Below the pieces are notes generated by a model, which was given only the letters and a program-made list of their open reading frames with translations, did no database searches and had not been told where the DNA came from. From Chiloscyllium plagiosum (Eukaryota), in contig NC_057738.1 in NCBI RefSeq assembly GCF_004010195.1, positions 8,202,056 through 8,266,055 on the forward strand: DNA of 64,000 nucleotides, in the 5' to 3' direction. The position numbers and the translations under genes were made by a program. This document shows, in pieces, positions 22,971 to 36,450 of this stretch. Each line of letters begins with the position of its first letter. Within the stretch, counting starts at the first letter, position 1.

Positions 22971-25900
22971 ATTCCCTGGCCTTGCTTTCAATCCAGATGG
23001 TGGCTGTGTACTAATCAACTTCAACTAAAGCCATAGAGCAACTGATTTGTTGCAACTTTGAAATTATTAAATACAATTGCATTTCTTTCAATTTGGGAAG
23101 GATGCTAGATATTTGCTACTTGAAATCCCAATAGCATGGTTCTATATCTCTACACACAGGAAGTTTTATGAACATCTCAAAAGTAGGATAAACATTCTCA
23201 ATTTAACATTAGCAAAATTTGTAGGAAATGAGAGAGGTTCGGCTACTCTCCCTTGTACTGTTGCCCCTTGTGTTTAGCATGTTTCTCCAAAAAAAAAGTT
23301 GATCTTTTACTTGGCTTAACAATGGATAAAAGTAAAGTCACCTTAGTTCGAAAAGACCATACTTAATTTGTGTCAGACTGTTCGGAAAGCTGTGGTTGGA
23401 TGTAGTTGTCGCTTCTTATTTGCATTGTTTGATTGGTTTCCAGCTTTCATTTCAATGTTGAATTCTCACAAATTCACACTACCATGAAATACAAATTCCA
23501 GAATTGAAGCAAAGCATTCATTTTTACAAATTCACATTGTTTGGTTTCATGCTTATGTACACAAATGATTGTATCATTCATTGAATAAAATGTGCAATTA
23601 TTTCTGTGCAGACTGTTAAAGTTATTGCCACCTTGGTCAAATACAATGTAATGTTTGTAGAAAATTAACCTTCTACTGAATTTACAATGTTACTCCCCTC
23701 AAAATATAATTTTTTTTACCGGATTACCAGAAATAGCATAATATGGCAAATGTCCTTCTAGTATTGAACTGTGCTGAATGTAAAATGTTAACCAAATAGA
23801 CATGAATTATGACAATTCACTCACATGGCTGAATTACTATAATAGTCTTCATTTCACAACTTCATTTAAACCTAATCTCTACCAATTAGCTAGTTCATTT
23901 TTTAAACTATAATCAATGATTCATTAGTGTGGTGTTTCTAATTTAAAACAATGGCCAAATAATTGTTTAACCTTTTTTAAAATGAAATCTTACTTTCATT
24001 TTCCTACACAATTTTTAATGTATTAATTTGTTTGTTTATTGGTGAGGGAAATTCTATGTGAAGGGGCATATCTACATTCAGGGAACATTGTAAAACAAAA
24101 GAGATAATAAATTAATACTAATGCCAAAAATTGGTTTTAAAAGCGTGCAAATTATCAGAAAATGATAAGACTTAGCTATCACTCCTGTCATGCTTCGTAT
24201 TTTCCAGCATAGACAGCTGTGAAATAAATGAAAAATTGCTCAAATTATTTGTCAATGAAAACTAGTTTGCTGCACCAAGGGAAGCAGTTAATGCAGCACA
24301 TTTTCTTTCTAGTTTTCACTGTTGAACATTCACACTTGCTAATACTTCATTGTGATATGATGAGACCAACCTGAACTGATTGCAGTATTCATCTGCAATC
24401 ATGACACATCAACACTGATTTTAATTCAATTCTATTATATTTAAGACCTCAATCAATCTGTCTTTTGTGGTTGCTGTTTCTTTTATGTCAATTAAGCTTC
24501 TGCACCTCATTTGCCATACTAATTAGAAATCAGAAGGAAACTGACATATACCAGAACATAACCTCCAGCTAACAGTGAAGGAGAAGAGATGTCTAGTTTG
24601 AATCAGTCCTACCCTGATATAAAATGAACTGAGCTAAATATAGGTTTTCGTGCTAGAGTCTAATATAAATGAATGATATTTAATTTAACCTCACACAATC
24701 TCTCTGTGATATTATGTATGTACTCAGCTGCAATATCCTACCCATACAAAACACAAATAAAAATGATCTAGGGATACCTTACCAACAGAATACAACACAT
24801 ATGCATTCCCCAAGTGATTTTACAACATTAATCTCACATTAAAAACACTGTGGATTAAGGCATTGCACCATTTTGTTGTAAATGGTTTATTCCTGTTAAA
24901 CAACATAAAATGGTTCCTAACTGAATTTTAGATGTTTTAAACTACTAGCATGTCCGAACTCAGAAGTTTCAAATTTTCTTTCAGTTTGGTAAATATGGAA
25001 GTTGTTAGAAGAGTGCTTCTTGATTTGTGTATATAGTTAGTGAACCACAGGGTTTACTCCCTGCTTTCATAACTGCAGGTTTCTTTATAGCTGAGATACG
25101 TTGGGATGAGTCACGTTCATGGGAATCTGGTGACATTCCTTGTGGTATGAAGTGAATTAATTTCACATGCCCTCATGGACTGAGAAACACTTGTTAAAAT
25201 AAGGCTCACTTATGAAAAGTTGAGCTGCTTTATTTCACAGGAAGGGAATTAGCAGAGAAAGTTTTTTTATAATTTTACTTATTCCACCCACTCTCAGTTC
25301 TCTCCTTGAGAATACAGAAATGAAATTTGCCCTGTTTGACCTCAATTGTCATTTTAGGAGAATTCTGGGTGAAGTACATAGCATTCAGACTTCATCTGGC
25401 ATCTGCTGCCCAGCAAGGTAAGGAGGAACCTACAGTCATGTATGTACTAATTTTGGTGAGGCCAGGAGGAACATGAAGGATCCTCTGGGTTGCATAAAAT
25501 CAGCTCAGTCACATCTATTCTCCACTCTCACCTCCCCTTCTAAATCTACCTTCTTCCAGACCGAAGATTATAAGCTGTCACAGAGCATCAGATTCCCATT
25601 GGAGCTGCTGGCCTGATGTGAGTATGATTCCAGCACGTCAAGTGGACTGACTGCATCAACCACTTAATTGGTCAGCGATTTGATGCTTAAAATAGACTAT
25701 ATGATCTACATTAAGCAACTAAGCTTCAAAACATTCATCCTTCTTTAAAGCACTAAAAGTAGATTTAAATATTAGAGAATTGTTGAGGTGGAAATCAATC
25801 CCACAAAAAAATCTAGTTACTTATTGAAATAAGTTGTTCGTGTTATCAAACACAAATAGTTTTGTAAGTGTTGCACTAATAACCCACACTGTTATATGGG

Positions 25901-26309
25901 ATTATTCAAACATTTATAATTGATCTCCAGATGACGCACTTGAACATAAACTTTTACTTAACCTATTTTTCCTAATTAACCTGTTCAGAAATGTTATTAC
26001 ACACTTTTGGTGGGACATTTTGGTTCAGAGGTAGGGACACTACCCACCAGAGGGCATTTGATTCACCAAAGAACTGGGATCAAGTGCAGTGAGGTCAGGG
26101 GGGCAAGCATAAATCCCTCCCATTGGAACAGTTCCTACCGAGAAAAATCCTGGCCTTGTATAGAACCTCTACTATTAGACCATTGAGCCCTTGGAGAAGA
26201 CATTTGTCATAGAAAGTTAAAACAACATATCAAGTTTAATGCACATCTTACTTGAAAAGTTGTAAGTTTACTTTAAATAGGAGCCAGAGCTAACTAGCAA
26301 TCTCATTCT

Positions 26310-26700
26310 AGAGATAGTGAGGACTGCAGATGCTGGAAAGTTAGAATCGATAAAATGTGGAGCTAGAAAAAGCAGAGGAAGACAAGCAACATCAGAGGAG
26401 TGGGAGAGTCAATAATTCAGATCGGGACCTTTCATCAGGAAGTCTCACCTTCTCCTCTGATGCTATTTGACCTGCTGTACTGTTGCCAGTTCCACACTTT
26501 ATCGACTAGAAGTCTCATCCTCAAAAGTAATGTTCTATTGATCAATGCTACATAACAAAAACAGTGAAAAATCTTTTTCTGAAGAAGGGACACCGGACCT
26601 GAAATATTTCTTTTCACAGAACTGCCAGACCTGCTGAGATTTTATATGAATTTCTTTTTTTGTTTCAAATTTCCAACATTCACAGTTCTTTTGCTGTTTT
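26310..26700. mobile_element. Two decayed Penelope pLTR fold-back insertions
   Basis: GTGAGGACTGCAGATGCTGG start, inverted arms, and degenerate CTGATGA/CTGAAGA..GAAA motifs at ~26415-26438 (-) and ~26579-26605 (+). Confidence 0.65.
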
Positions 26701-27699
26701 TTAAAAAATATTTAATAACAATTCTAACTGTTTCTGAGTGCTGCACAACTATGAAAAAATACCATAAGGTGCCAGTGAAAGAACATAAATGTAATGCATG
26801 AAAATCTTGAAATCGTCATAACTGAGCTTTACAGCATCCATTATTCATACATAAAGTTACTAACAAAGCTCCCAATACTATTGGAAGGAGGCATACTTAC
26901 ATTTTCATAGAGAACTGTCAAACTGAATAACTCAGACATGCTCGCCATATGAAATACATGCTGCGAGCATTCAAAATACAGAACACTATATTTAAATTTA
27001 GGCTCCTGTGAATCTTGTAGGATCTATTCTTAGTTCTTGCCCATTCTTTAATTCACTCGTGAAATGCTGAACACATTGCACACAATGGTACTATCCAGCA
27101 AGAAGACCATCAATATTTGCCTAAGTGTGAAGCCAGGTGCAGCAGGGTGTTACTTCTCAACATATTTGAAAAAGATGGGCTATTTTCCTGCACAGGTCAC
27201 CAATTTTCATCCCCAGGACACAAGGTAATGATCCTGAAAGGGTTAATGATGTAGATTGCTTCAACTCAATAAGGTCCACCCAATCTGATGATGTCATACA
27301 GGCTTGAGTGGAAATAAGGAAGAACCTCTTAAGATCCCATGAAGTGAAGATCTATATCTTCGGCCTCCTTTCTGGGGATTGATCTTAACAGAAATTGGTT
27401 ATCATTTTTGGCAATTACTGTGGAAGGTTTTTCTTTGCAGAGTTTTATTGCACTATCTTCCCAAAGTTGTCTTATTCCCTATGCACCACACCACCATGGC
27501 ACCCCATTTATCCTATTCTCACACTTGCCATAGGTGAAAGTATTCACCACTGCTGGGACATCACAGGATTGCTGGCTTTGCCCTGGCACCATATTTGAAA
27601 GCTTATAGGGTTAATTCATATCACTGCAGAGTTGCCCTACGTAGTTCCTATGAATTTCCCCAGACATGGTAGACAGGGAACATGGGGTGGGGGGTGGGG

Positions 27700-28150
27700 G
27701 GGGGGTGCCAATTTGCAGTCAAGAAAATGGAGGGCCTGTTGCAGTTGGTGGAAAGTAAAGGCATCCTTTTTTTCCCAGGACCAGCAGAGGAAGCCAGAGA
27801 GGCAGATTCTACAACACTACGCAAAGTCACGAGTCAACTGAGAGTGCAAGCAAAAGGTCCCATTTTCCAACCAAGGATTGAACAGCAAGAGGTTTTTATT
27901 TATTAGCAAAGGGATAGGGTCTTTGATCTCACTTCAGGTGACCCTTCCTCAAAAGGGGAGAGGGTGGTGCCAGTAGGCATCCAGCTGGAAGATCAACCAT
28001 ATACAAGACCCTAGAAGTCTACTCTGATGACACACCACAGGTGACTTCCATGTCCACTTCCACCTTGCCCAATGGGGCTTAAAGATGAGAATGATGCACT
28101 TGCCACTGGGCAGGACACACTCAGCATGTCTGGGCTCTCCAGACACAAAT
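27700..28150 (+). mobile_element. Harbinger-type Myb/SANT remnant
   Basis: QFAVKKMEGLLQLVESKGILFFP resembles the motif at 7320. Confidence 0.45.
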
Positions 28151-28159
28151 ACCCCATTA

Positions 28160-31100
28160 CATTATGTTACAATAATCATGGATGACTTTAATCTTCATGT
28201 AGTATAAGAAAGTCAGATTAGCAGAAGTAGTGTATTTGGGAAAGTTTCCGAGGGCAATGTGTTGTAGATTCAACTAGGGAATAATATGTTTTGGATTTGG
28301 TAATGTGAAATGTTGCAAATTTAAGAAATGATTTCAGAGTAAAAGATCCCGTTGGAAATAGGGACCATAGGTGGTAGAATTTAGAATTCAGTTTGGGCCA
28401 GAGAAACTTTTGTGGAAACAACTACGCTAAACTTAAACAAAAGTAATTATGAAGGAATGAGGGCAGAGCTAGCTCAAACGGACTGGGAAAGGAATTTAAC
28501 AGCAAAGATGGCTGAGGCACAATGACAGACATTTAAGTAAATACTTTATTGCGCACAGCAAAGATATATCACAGTGAGAAAGGAGTATTCCAGGAAATGG
28601 ATAAGCTAATTGTGGTTGACAGAGAAGTTAAGGACAGCATCAAATTGGAAGAAAAAAACAAATGCTCTGGCAAAGATTAGTGGTACGCCAAAAGATTGGA
28701 AAAGCTTTAAAATCAATAATCAAATAAAAAAGAGGAAGAAGATAAACATTGAGGGTAAACTTGCAAGTAATAGCAAGTTAGACAGCAAGAGCTTATTAAA
28801 TATATAAAAGGGAAGCAAGAAGTCAAACCGAACATTAGCTCTTTAGAGAATTAGGCAGGGAAAATAACAATGGGAGGCAGAGAAATGGCAGAGGAGTTGA
28901 ATAAATACTTTGCGTCAGTCTTCATAGTAGAAGGTACTAATAGCATTCCAAAATTACTATGTAATCAAGGCAAAAAGGAGGAGAGAAGATAAATATAACA
29001 CCTATCGCCAGGGAAACTAATGTGGCTAAAGATTGGTAAGTCTTCTGGACCTGAGGTATACATACTAGGATATTGACAGAAGTGGCTAAGAGATAGAAAA
29101 AGAGATAATGGATACACTGATGGTAATCTTCAAAGAATTCTTAGATTCTGCAAAAGTCCGAGAGAATTGGAAAACTGCCAATGTAACACCCTTATTCAAA
29201 AAACAGGCTAACTATAGGCCAGTTGGCTTAATGCCTATTATTGGGAAATGTTAGAATCTATTATAAAGGATATAATAGCAGAGCATTTAGAAGTCTATGA
29301 TATGATCAATCAGATAACAAAGGGCTTCACAAAGTGGAGTCATGGCAAACAAATTTGTTAGAATTATTTTAGAAGGTAACAAACAGGATAGATAAAGGGG
29401 AGGCAGTGGATGTAATATATTTGGGTTTTCAGAAGGTGTTTGACAAGGCTGGCCTTGGTAATAAGATAATTGTCTGTGGTATTTGAGGTAATATATTAGC
29501 ATAAATGAATGATAAGATTTGAAAAAAGGAGTCTTTTTCGGATTGGCAACCTTTAAATAGTGGAGTGCCACATGGATCAGTGCTGAGCCGACAATTATTT
29601 ACAAAAATGGGTTGGAAGGCAATTGGTGAGGATGACACAAAGTGTCTGCAGAGGGACATAAATAGGTTGAGCAAGTGAGTAAAAGCTTGGCAGATGGAAT
29701 ATGCAAAATGTAATGTTATGCACTTGGGCAGAAAGAATAAAAGGAGCTGACTATTATTTAAATGAAGGAAGACTGCAGTAAATTATAGAAGCGAAGGAAT
29801 TTGGGGTCCTTGTCCATGAATCACAAAAAGGCAGCACCCAAATTTAGTGGGTAGAGGGAAGGCAAATAGAATGTTGGCCTATATTTCAAAGGGAATGGAA
29901 TATAAAATAAGGAGATCTTGCTAAAAATAAACAAGGCACTTGTCAGATCACAGCTGAAATGTTGTGAACAGTTTTGGATCCCTTATCTAGGAAAGATATA
30001 TAGCATTGGAGACAGTCCAGACAAGGTTCACTACGCTGATAGCACGTATGGAAAAGCTTATATAATTGGCCTGTACTCATTAGAGTTTAGAAGAATTCGA
30101 AGCAACCTAAATGAAACATATAAGATTCTGAAGGGAAAACATTTGGATGTGAACATAGGAGGTATAGTTAGTAAGTTGGCAGATGACACCAAAATTGGAG
30201 GTGTAGTGGACTGCAAAGAAGGTTACCTCAGAGAACAGAGTGATCTGATGGACCAATGGGTTGAGGAGTAGCATATGAAGTTTAATTTACATAGTGCACA
30301 GTGCTGCATTTTGGAAAAGCAAATCAGAGCAGGACTTAATGGTAAGGTCCTAGGGAGTGTTGCTGAACAAAGAGACCTTGGAGTGCAGGTTCATAGTTCC
30401 TTGAAAGTGGAATCGCAGGTAGTAGGATAGCGAAGAAGGTGTTTGGTATGCTTGCCTTTATTGGTCAGAGCATTGATTATAGGAGTTGGGAAGTCATGAT
30501 GCGGCTGTACAGGATATTAGTTAGGCCACTTTTAGAACATTGTGTGCAATTCTGGTCTCCCACCTATTGGAAGGATGTTGTGAAACTTGAAAGGGTTCAT
30601 AAAACATTTACAAGGATGTTGCCAGGGTTGGTGGATTTGAGCTATAGTGAGAGGCTGAATAGGCTGGGGCTGTTTTCCCCGGAGTGTTGGAGGCTGAGGG
30701 GTGACATAATAGAGGTTTATAAAATCATGAGGGGCATGGATAGGGTAAATAGACAAGGTATTTTCCCTGGGGTGGGGAAATCCAGAAGCAGAGTGCATAG
30801 GTTCAGGGTGAGAGGGTAAAGATATAAAAAGGGACCTAAAAGGCCACTTATTACATGCAGAGGGTGGTACGTGTATGGAATGAGCTGCCAGAGGAAGTGG
30901 TGGAGGCTGGTACAATTACATTTAAAAGGCATCTGGATGGGTATATGAATAGGAAGGGTTTAGAGGGATATGGGTCAAGTACTAGCAAATGGGACTAGGT
31001 TGGGATTTCTGGTCAGCATGGACGAGTTGGACCGAAGGGTCTATTTCTATTCTTATATCACTATGACTCTATTACTCTATTTGACAGGTTAGGTGTAGAA

Positions 31101-31420
31101 TGGCTGTTTCCTCTTGTGAGAGAGTCAAGGACCAAAGAGCATATCTCAGAATTTATCACAGACATGAGTAGGAATTTCTTCTCTTACAGGGTAGTGAATT
31201 TGTGGAATTCTTTATGATAGAGAGCTTGTAGAGACTGGTCACTAATTATATTCAAGGTTGAGAACAATAGACTTTTAACCAGTAAGGGAATCAAAGGGAA
31301 TGGGGAAAAGGCAAGAAAGTGAAGTTGGAGATTATCATGATAGCCACCATCTCATTAAATAGTGGAGCATACTTGATGGGTTGAATGGACTCGTTCCACT
31401 CTTACATCTTATGGCCTTTC
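28160..31420 (+). mobile_element. Degenerate CR1 ORF2 with a nested younger CR1
   Basis: IIMDDFNLH, KSSGPEVY, ENWKTANVTPLFKK, SGVPHGSVL and a 3' UTR ending ~31415. Confidence 0.9.
30136..31080 (+). mobile_element. HER1/CR1 5'-truncated copy nested in the same orientation
   Basis: SKLADDTKIGG..LYRILVRPLLEHCVQFWSP with tail CTATGACTCTATTACTCTAT; the host sequence resumes at TTGACAGG. Confidence 0.92.
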
Positions 31421-31756
31421 AGGTTGCGATACATTACTTGTACATCAGGGCTCTTAGTGGGATTGAGTCCTGATGTTGCATGTGGTCAAGAGGCTAGCAT
31501 TTGGACTCCATACAGTAGATTGATGCTGTTGACTGTCTTCATCTCAGACAACGGTTAACCTCAGTGAAAGTGAGTTTAGACCGCACAGAGTATTCTTTAA
31601 CTTAATCAATTCACTCTTTCATTCTCAAAAGTCTCAAAAGTATTAAGTATCAAAATATCACGTTTCAAAGTATCAAAAATATCCGAATATCAAATTATTC
31701 CCAAATACAAATTGAAAACAGGCAAAGGAAATCACACTAATAACTCCTCTTCTACC

Positions 31757-32756
31757 TGTTATGAAGTCAAAGATGTATACCGTATCTTTAAAAGAGAGTG
31801 AATGCTGGTCTGAACTGAGAGCTTACAAACACCTATGTATATGACCATATGTCAGTCTCAGAGTTTACTGGAAGATTGAAAATAAGCAACATTTGGCCAT
31901 GAAATGGATACCTGAGTTGGTTGCTGTTTTGAAAACAATTTGAATTTAACCAATCAGTTTAAACTATGCCCCAGGACACTAAAACCCAATCGAGTTTGAA
32001 TTTATTGTTTTGCCAACATTGAACCAATGAGACAATACAATGTTGGGGATATAAAAATGCAGGCATTTTGATGATTGGAGACAGAACAATTGCCATCAAG
32101 AGAGACCCAAGAAATTAGGAAATACTCTCTACCAAAGGTACCTTCTCATATGAAACATATTTGCAGTAAAATGAAAGAAAACCACCCAGGAAGATCTTCA
32201 GCCAGAAGAAGAAAACCACTGAAGATGACAGCCGCTGTGTGGTTTTGAAATTAAGTTGATGTAATTTAACTAATGACTTATTGGAACAGCATATTGCTAC
32301 AGAGCTGGAGGCAGATAATAAGAAGCTAAGAGAAAGAGGGGCTTAGAGTTGTGAATAGTTCTTGTTCAATGTTCACTTTTAGAGTTAAAAAGTGAATTGA
32401 TATTATTTTCTCTAAATAGTGGAGCTTACGAGTTCTCTGTCAGTCATATTTTAACAGCTAACAAGGCGAGGTGAGCTTTTCTGGGTGTTTGGTTTAATTA
32501 ATTGTGGGCGGCACGGTGGCACAGTGGTTAGCACTGCTGCCTCACAGTGCCAGAGACCCGGGTTCAATTCCCGCCTCAGGCGACTGACTATTGCCCGTAG
32601 TGTTAGGTAAGGGGTAGATGTAGGGGTATGGGTGGGTTGCGCTTCGGCGGGGCGGTGTGGACTTGTTGGGCCGAAGGGCCTGTTTCCACACTGTAAGTAA
32701 TCTAATCTAATCTAATCTAATCTAATCTTAACAGAGGGATGTGCTGTGTCATAACT
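31757..32756 (+). mobile_element. Solo LTR
   Basis: TGTTATGA...TCATAAC(T) termini, flanking TACC/TACT, CCAAT boxes and GATATAAAAA at ~32048; a SINE is inserted near the 3' end. Confidence 0.7.
32505..32728 (+). mobile_element. Young HE1-type SINE with a central deletion
   Basis: A box TGGCACAGTGG, B box GGTTCAATTCC, retained CpGs and a (TAATC)n tail; lacks the ~110-bp central block present in the 44290 copy. Confidence 0.92.
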
Positions 32757-33495
32757 TACTCCAATACTGCACTTAAATTGAAACAGATTTGCCAAGAATG
32801 TTTCATTGGCCAGACTGCACAGTTCCTTTGTTCACCTCCCCTCCTGGCAAAGGGTTGTTCATGCCTGTTTCTTTCCAGGAGTTATGCCAGAGGACTTAAA
32901 CGATACTGGGTTTTATCTCTTGTCTCTTATTGGTTTCCGTCCAATCAGAAATGTTCACATTGTGTTTCGAAGCACCAATCTTTCCAATCAGGTATCAGAA
33001 CTGCTTCTCTTCTCCTTCATTAGTCTGAGTAGTTGCCATTGTGTACATGATTGTAGCATGTCCATTTGTTCAGCTTAAGCAACTCAGTCTCTCCATTTGA
33101 GCTCTAACGTTTTGCAGTACCAGCCAACAATGTCGAAGGTTCACATAGTATGTATTGCTAACGTCTGCCTGTATAATCCAGTTGTCCTTTGATGGGCATC
33201 ACATGGTTCGAAAGTGAACCCCACTTCTCACAGCTCAAAACTGTCAGCCTGCCTACTTGGGGTGTGGTGGTAGTCATTTCTGGCTTTATTACATAGTAGT
33301 TAATTGCAGCACAAAGGAAGGAAACAGTGGATGCACTTCACACAGTGAGACTCAGACGCAGCCTCTTATCCATGGTGAAATCCCAAATGTAAAGATTCCC
33401 TTCTTTATAAATGTTTCCCATCAACCCTATCAACTTAGAACTTCCCCATATTCCCCAGCCCATCTACCTAACTCTTCAGCTTATCACGTTAATCC

Positions 33496-33585
33496 TGAAG
33501 AAGGGCTAATGCCCGAAATGTCGATTCTCCTGTTCCCTAGATGCTGCCTGACCTGCTGCGCTTTTCCAGCAACACATTTCCATCT
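33496..33585 (+). mobile_element. Penelope pLTR mini-insertion beginning at the hammerhead core
   Basis: 16-bp TSD CTTATCACGTTAATCC at 33480-33495 and 33586-33601; CTGAAGAAGGGCTAATGCCCGAAATGTC. Confidence 0.85.
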
Positions 33586-34689
33586 CTTATCACGTTAATC
33601 CCCAAGCTCCAGATGTATTGAGTCACTTTGCCAGATAAAGTAGTCCACTGACCTCCATCAAATCCAGAGTGTTGCTAATACCTCTTCTTGTGCATTATTC
33701 TTTTCCCTTATATGCCCTTTTGTTTCACTCTTTTATTTTGAGCTGTTCCCCCCCATTTGTTATCCTCCATTCCTTCCAACATATGGCCTCCAATCCCCAG
33801 AATTGTGTTCCCCAGTTCCCCTGAGGATCCAGTAACAGGAGCCGCTGATAACACACATTCATTTTTAATGGATGGATCCTCAGGACTGAACATGAGTTTG
33901 ATGAACTTGGACAGACAACTCCAAATGATGACTGAGCAGATCCATGGTGGACTTCCATGAAGTGCTCCAATTGATTTTGTGTGCTTCACTGGACTGGTTA
34001 CATTGGACTCACAGAGCTGACCAGGACACCCAGACTGTAGGCATACAGACACCCTGACCATCTCAAGTTGAGTACTGACCATTCCCAAGCCCTTGAACTG
34101 ACACCAGAGGCTGTTCTTGACTTAATGTACTGGAAAATTCTGGGTGAAGGGCATCTCCTTTCACTTATCTGATGACCATTCCCCTTAGACTTTGAAACAT
34201 GGTCTTTAGTTAATGCATATGCAGTATGTATGTGGCTGGCACACGGTACAGGTGTGTGAGATCACTTAGAACAGTTACATACAGCAACATATCCACCTCT
34301 TCACTGATCATTGCTGACAAACGTGACAAGTTGCCTGATTTATGTTTGTTAAAAGACAAGGCAAGTCAGAAGTAATGTTAGCCCTTAAGCTCTGACTAAG
34401 TGGGGGAGGGGGGGATGCAAAAAGGCAATACAATGCAAGACAAGGCAGTGATGATGTGTGCATTGAAGTTGATGTATAGTGAGTGAGTGCTAAAAGAACA
34501 AGCCAAGATACCTGAAGATGCATCTTGGTCAAATCCATGAGACGAGTGCCTGATCCTGTGCACAAAATGTCCTAGGAGCAGCATGTCAATGAGAAGTGTC
34601 AGTGTGTTCCAAAGTGCAGCTTTGAAATGCAGACATGTGTAAATGTCAAAATGATGTGGTGTATCTGGTAGGACCACAAAGGTTACTGC

Positions 34690-36450
34690 CTGTGCCACAC
34701 GCTAGTGAGGGCAAGAGTAGGAAGATATGGCAGACAGATGTGTGGCTAAAGCGTACCTGCAGGGGGCAGGTTTTCAGATTTGTGGATCATTGGGTTCTCT
34801 TCTGGGGAAGGTGTGACCTGTACTAAAGGGATGGGTTACACCTGAACCCGAGAGGGACCGATATCCTTGCAGACAGTTTTGCTAGAGCTATTGGGGAAGC
34901 TTTAATCTAGAGGGTTGGGAGCCAAGGCATCAGGTCAGAAGATCAGCGTTGGTGTAAAGGCAGTTGCAGTGAGCAGAGAGACTGTGAGGAAGGGTAGACT
35001 AAAACAGCAAGAGGATGGGAGTCTAGGTAGAAAGGCAGAAGGAAGCAATGCAGAGACTAGAGCAAAAATTAGAAAAGTAGGAAGTAAAATTGGGTTACAG
35101 AATCATATGCAAAAGACAGAGAGATTGCTAGATTCTAAAGGTACAATGAGTATAAGGGCACTTTATCTGAATGCCCGTAGTATTCAAAACAAAGTCGATG
35201 AACTTGTTGTGCAAATCAGTACAAAGGGGTATGATTTATTTGCCATTACAGAAACGTGGTTGCAGGGAATTAAATATCCAAGGGTATCAGATAATTAGGA
35301 AGGATAGGCAGGAAGGTAAGGGAGGTGGGGTCATGCTCTTAATTAAGGATGAGATTAGGGCAATAGGGAGAGGTGATATAGCATCCAATGAGCAAAACGT
35401 TGAGTCCATTTGGGTGGAGATCAGGAACAGTAAGGGGAAGAAGTCACTGGTGAGAGTAGACTATAGGGCACCCAATAATAATGCTACAGTGGAACAGGCA
35501 ATCAATCAAGAATAATCTGAAGCATGTAAGAATGTAATAGCAGTAGTCATGGGAGACTCTAACATGCACTTTGATTGGCCAAATCAAGTCGACAGAGGCA
35601 GTCTTGAAGAGGAGTTCATAGAAATCATCTGTGATAACTTTCTAGAACAGCATGTTAGCGAACCTACAAGGGCGCATGCAAACTTAGATCTGGTCCTTAG
35701 ACAGGTAAAAATTAATGATTTTGTAATTAAGGATCCTCTTGGAAAGAGTGATCACAGTACGATTGAATTTCAGATACAAATGGAAGGTGAAATACTATCA
35801 TCTAAAACTAGGGTATTGTGCTTAAACAAGGTAAACTATAATTGGATGAGGAATGAGTTGGCTAAATTAGACTGGGAGCACAAGTTTAATGGTGGAACAG
35901 TTGAGGAACAGTGGACGACTTTCACAGTGCTCAAGGAAAGTATATTCCGGTGAAAAACAAGGATAGCAAGGGTGGGAAGAGCCAGCCTTGGATAACCAAG
36001 GAAATAATGGAAGGCATCCAATTAAAAGCTCAGGTTTACAAAGTAGCCAAGAGTAGTGGGAAACAGGAAGATTGGGAAAACTTTAAAAAGCAACAAAGAA
36101 CCACAAAGCAAGCAATAAAGAAAGGAAAGATAGATTGTGAATGCAAACTAGTACAGAATATAAAAACAGGTAGGAAAAACTTTTATAAATATATAAAACA
36201 AAAAAGGCTAAAGTGGATGTATGTGTCTAGCAGGAAGAGAAAGAGGAATTACTATTGGGTAATGCCAAAATGGCCAAGGCGTTAAATAACTGTTTTTTGT
36301 CAGTCTTCACAGTGGAAGCTGTGTCTGACATGCCAAAGAATGATGTTAAGGATACAGTGGGAGGAGCTGAGACGATGGACAGTTCAGCCATGATCTTAAT
36401 GAAAAGCAGACTCAATAGACCAAATGGCCTACTCCTGCTTCTATTAGTAT
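34690..36450 (+). mobile_element. CR1 with ORF1 esterase C-terminus and ORF2 EN joined directly to the 3' tail (RT deleted)
   Basis: FRFVDHW..DLY*RDGLHLNPRGT (SGNH-type), ALYLNARSIQNKVDEL..AITETWL and LGKSDHS, then the 3' UTR AAATGGCCTACTCCTGCT at ~36425 with no RT motifs in between. Confidence 0.85.

Noticed and set aside
24778-24900. Minus-strand exon with tttaacag acceptor and gtaagg donor
   Set aside because: Stops in all three frames across the full interval; only a shorter version with a weaker donor is open, which is insufficient support.
26901-26985. Minus-strand open exon-like segment and small ATGCTCGC/GCGAGCAT hairpin
   Set aside because: The acceptor lacks a pyrimidine tract and the 8-bp stem is within chance expectation.
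32505-32580. tRNA gene
   Set aside because: The A/B boxes belong to an HE1 SINE head that continues into a LINE-derived tail.
33480-33530. Perfect stem I (AATC/GATT) for the 33495 hammerhead as evidence of selection
   Set aside because: The AATC lies in the target-site duplication, so it may reflect microhomology at insertion; the core also has GAAAC changed to GAAAT.
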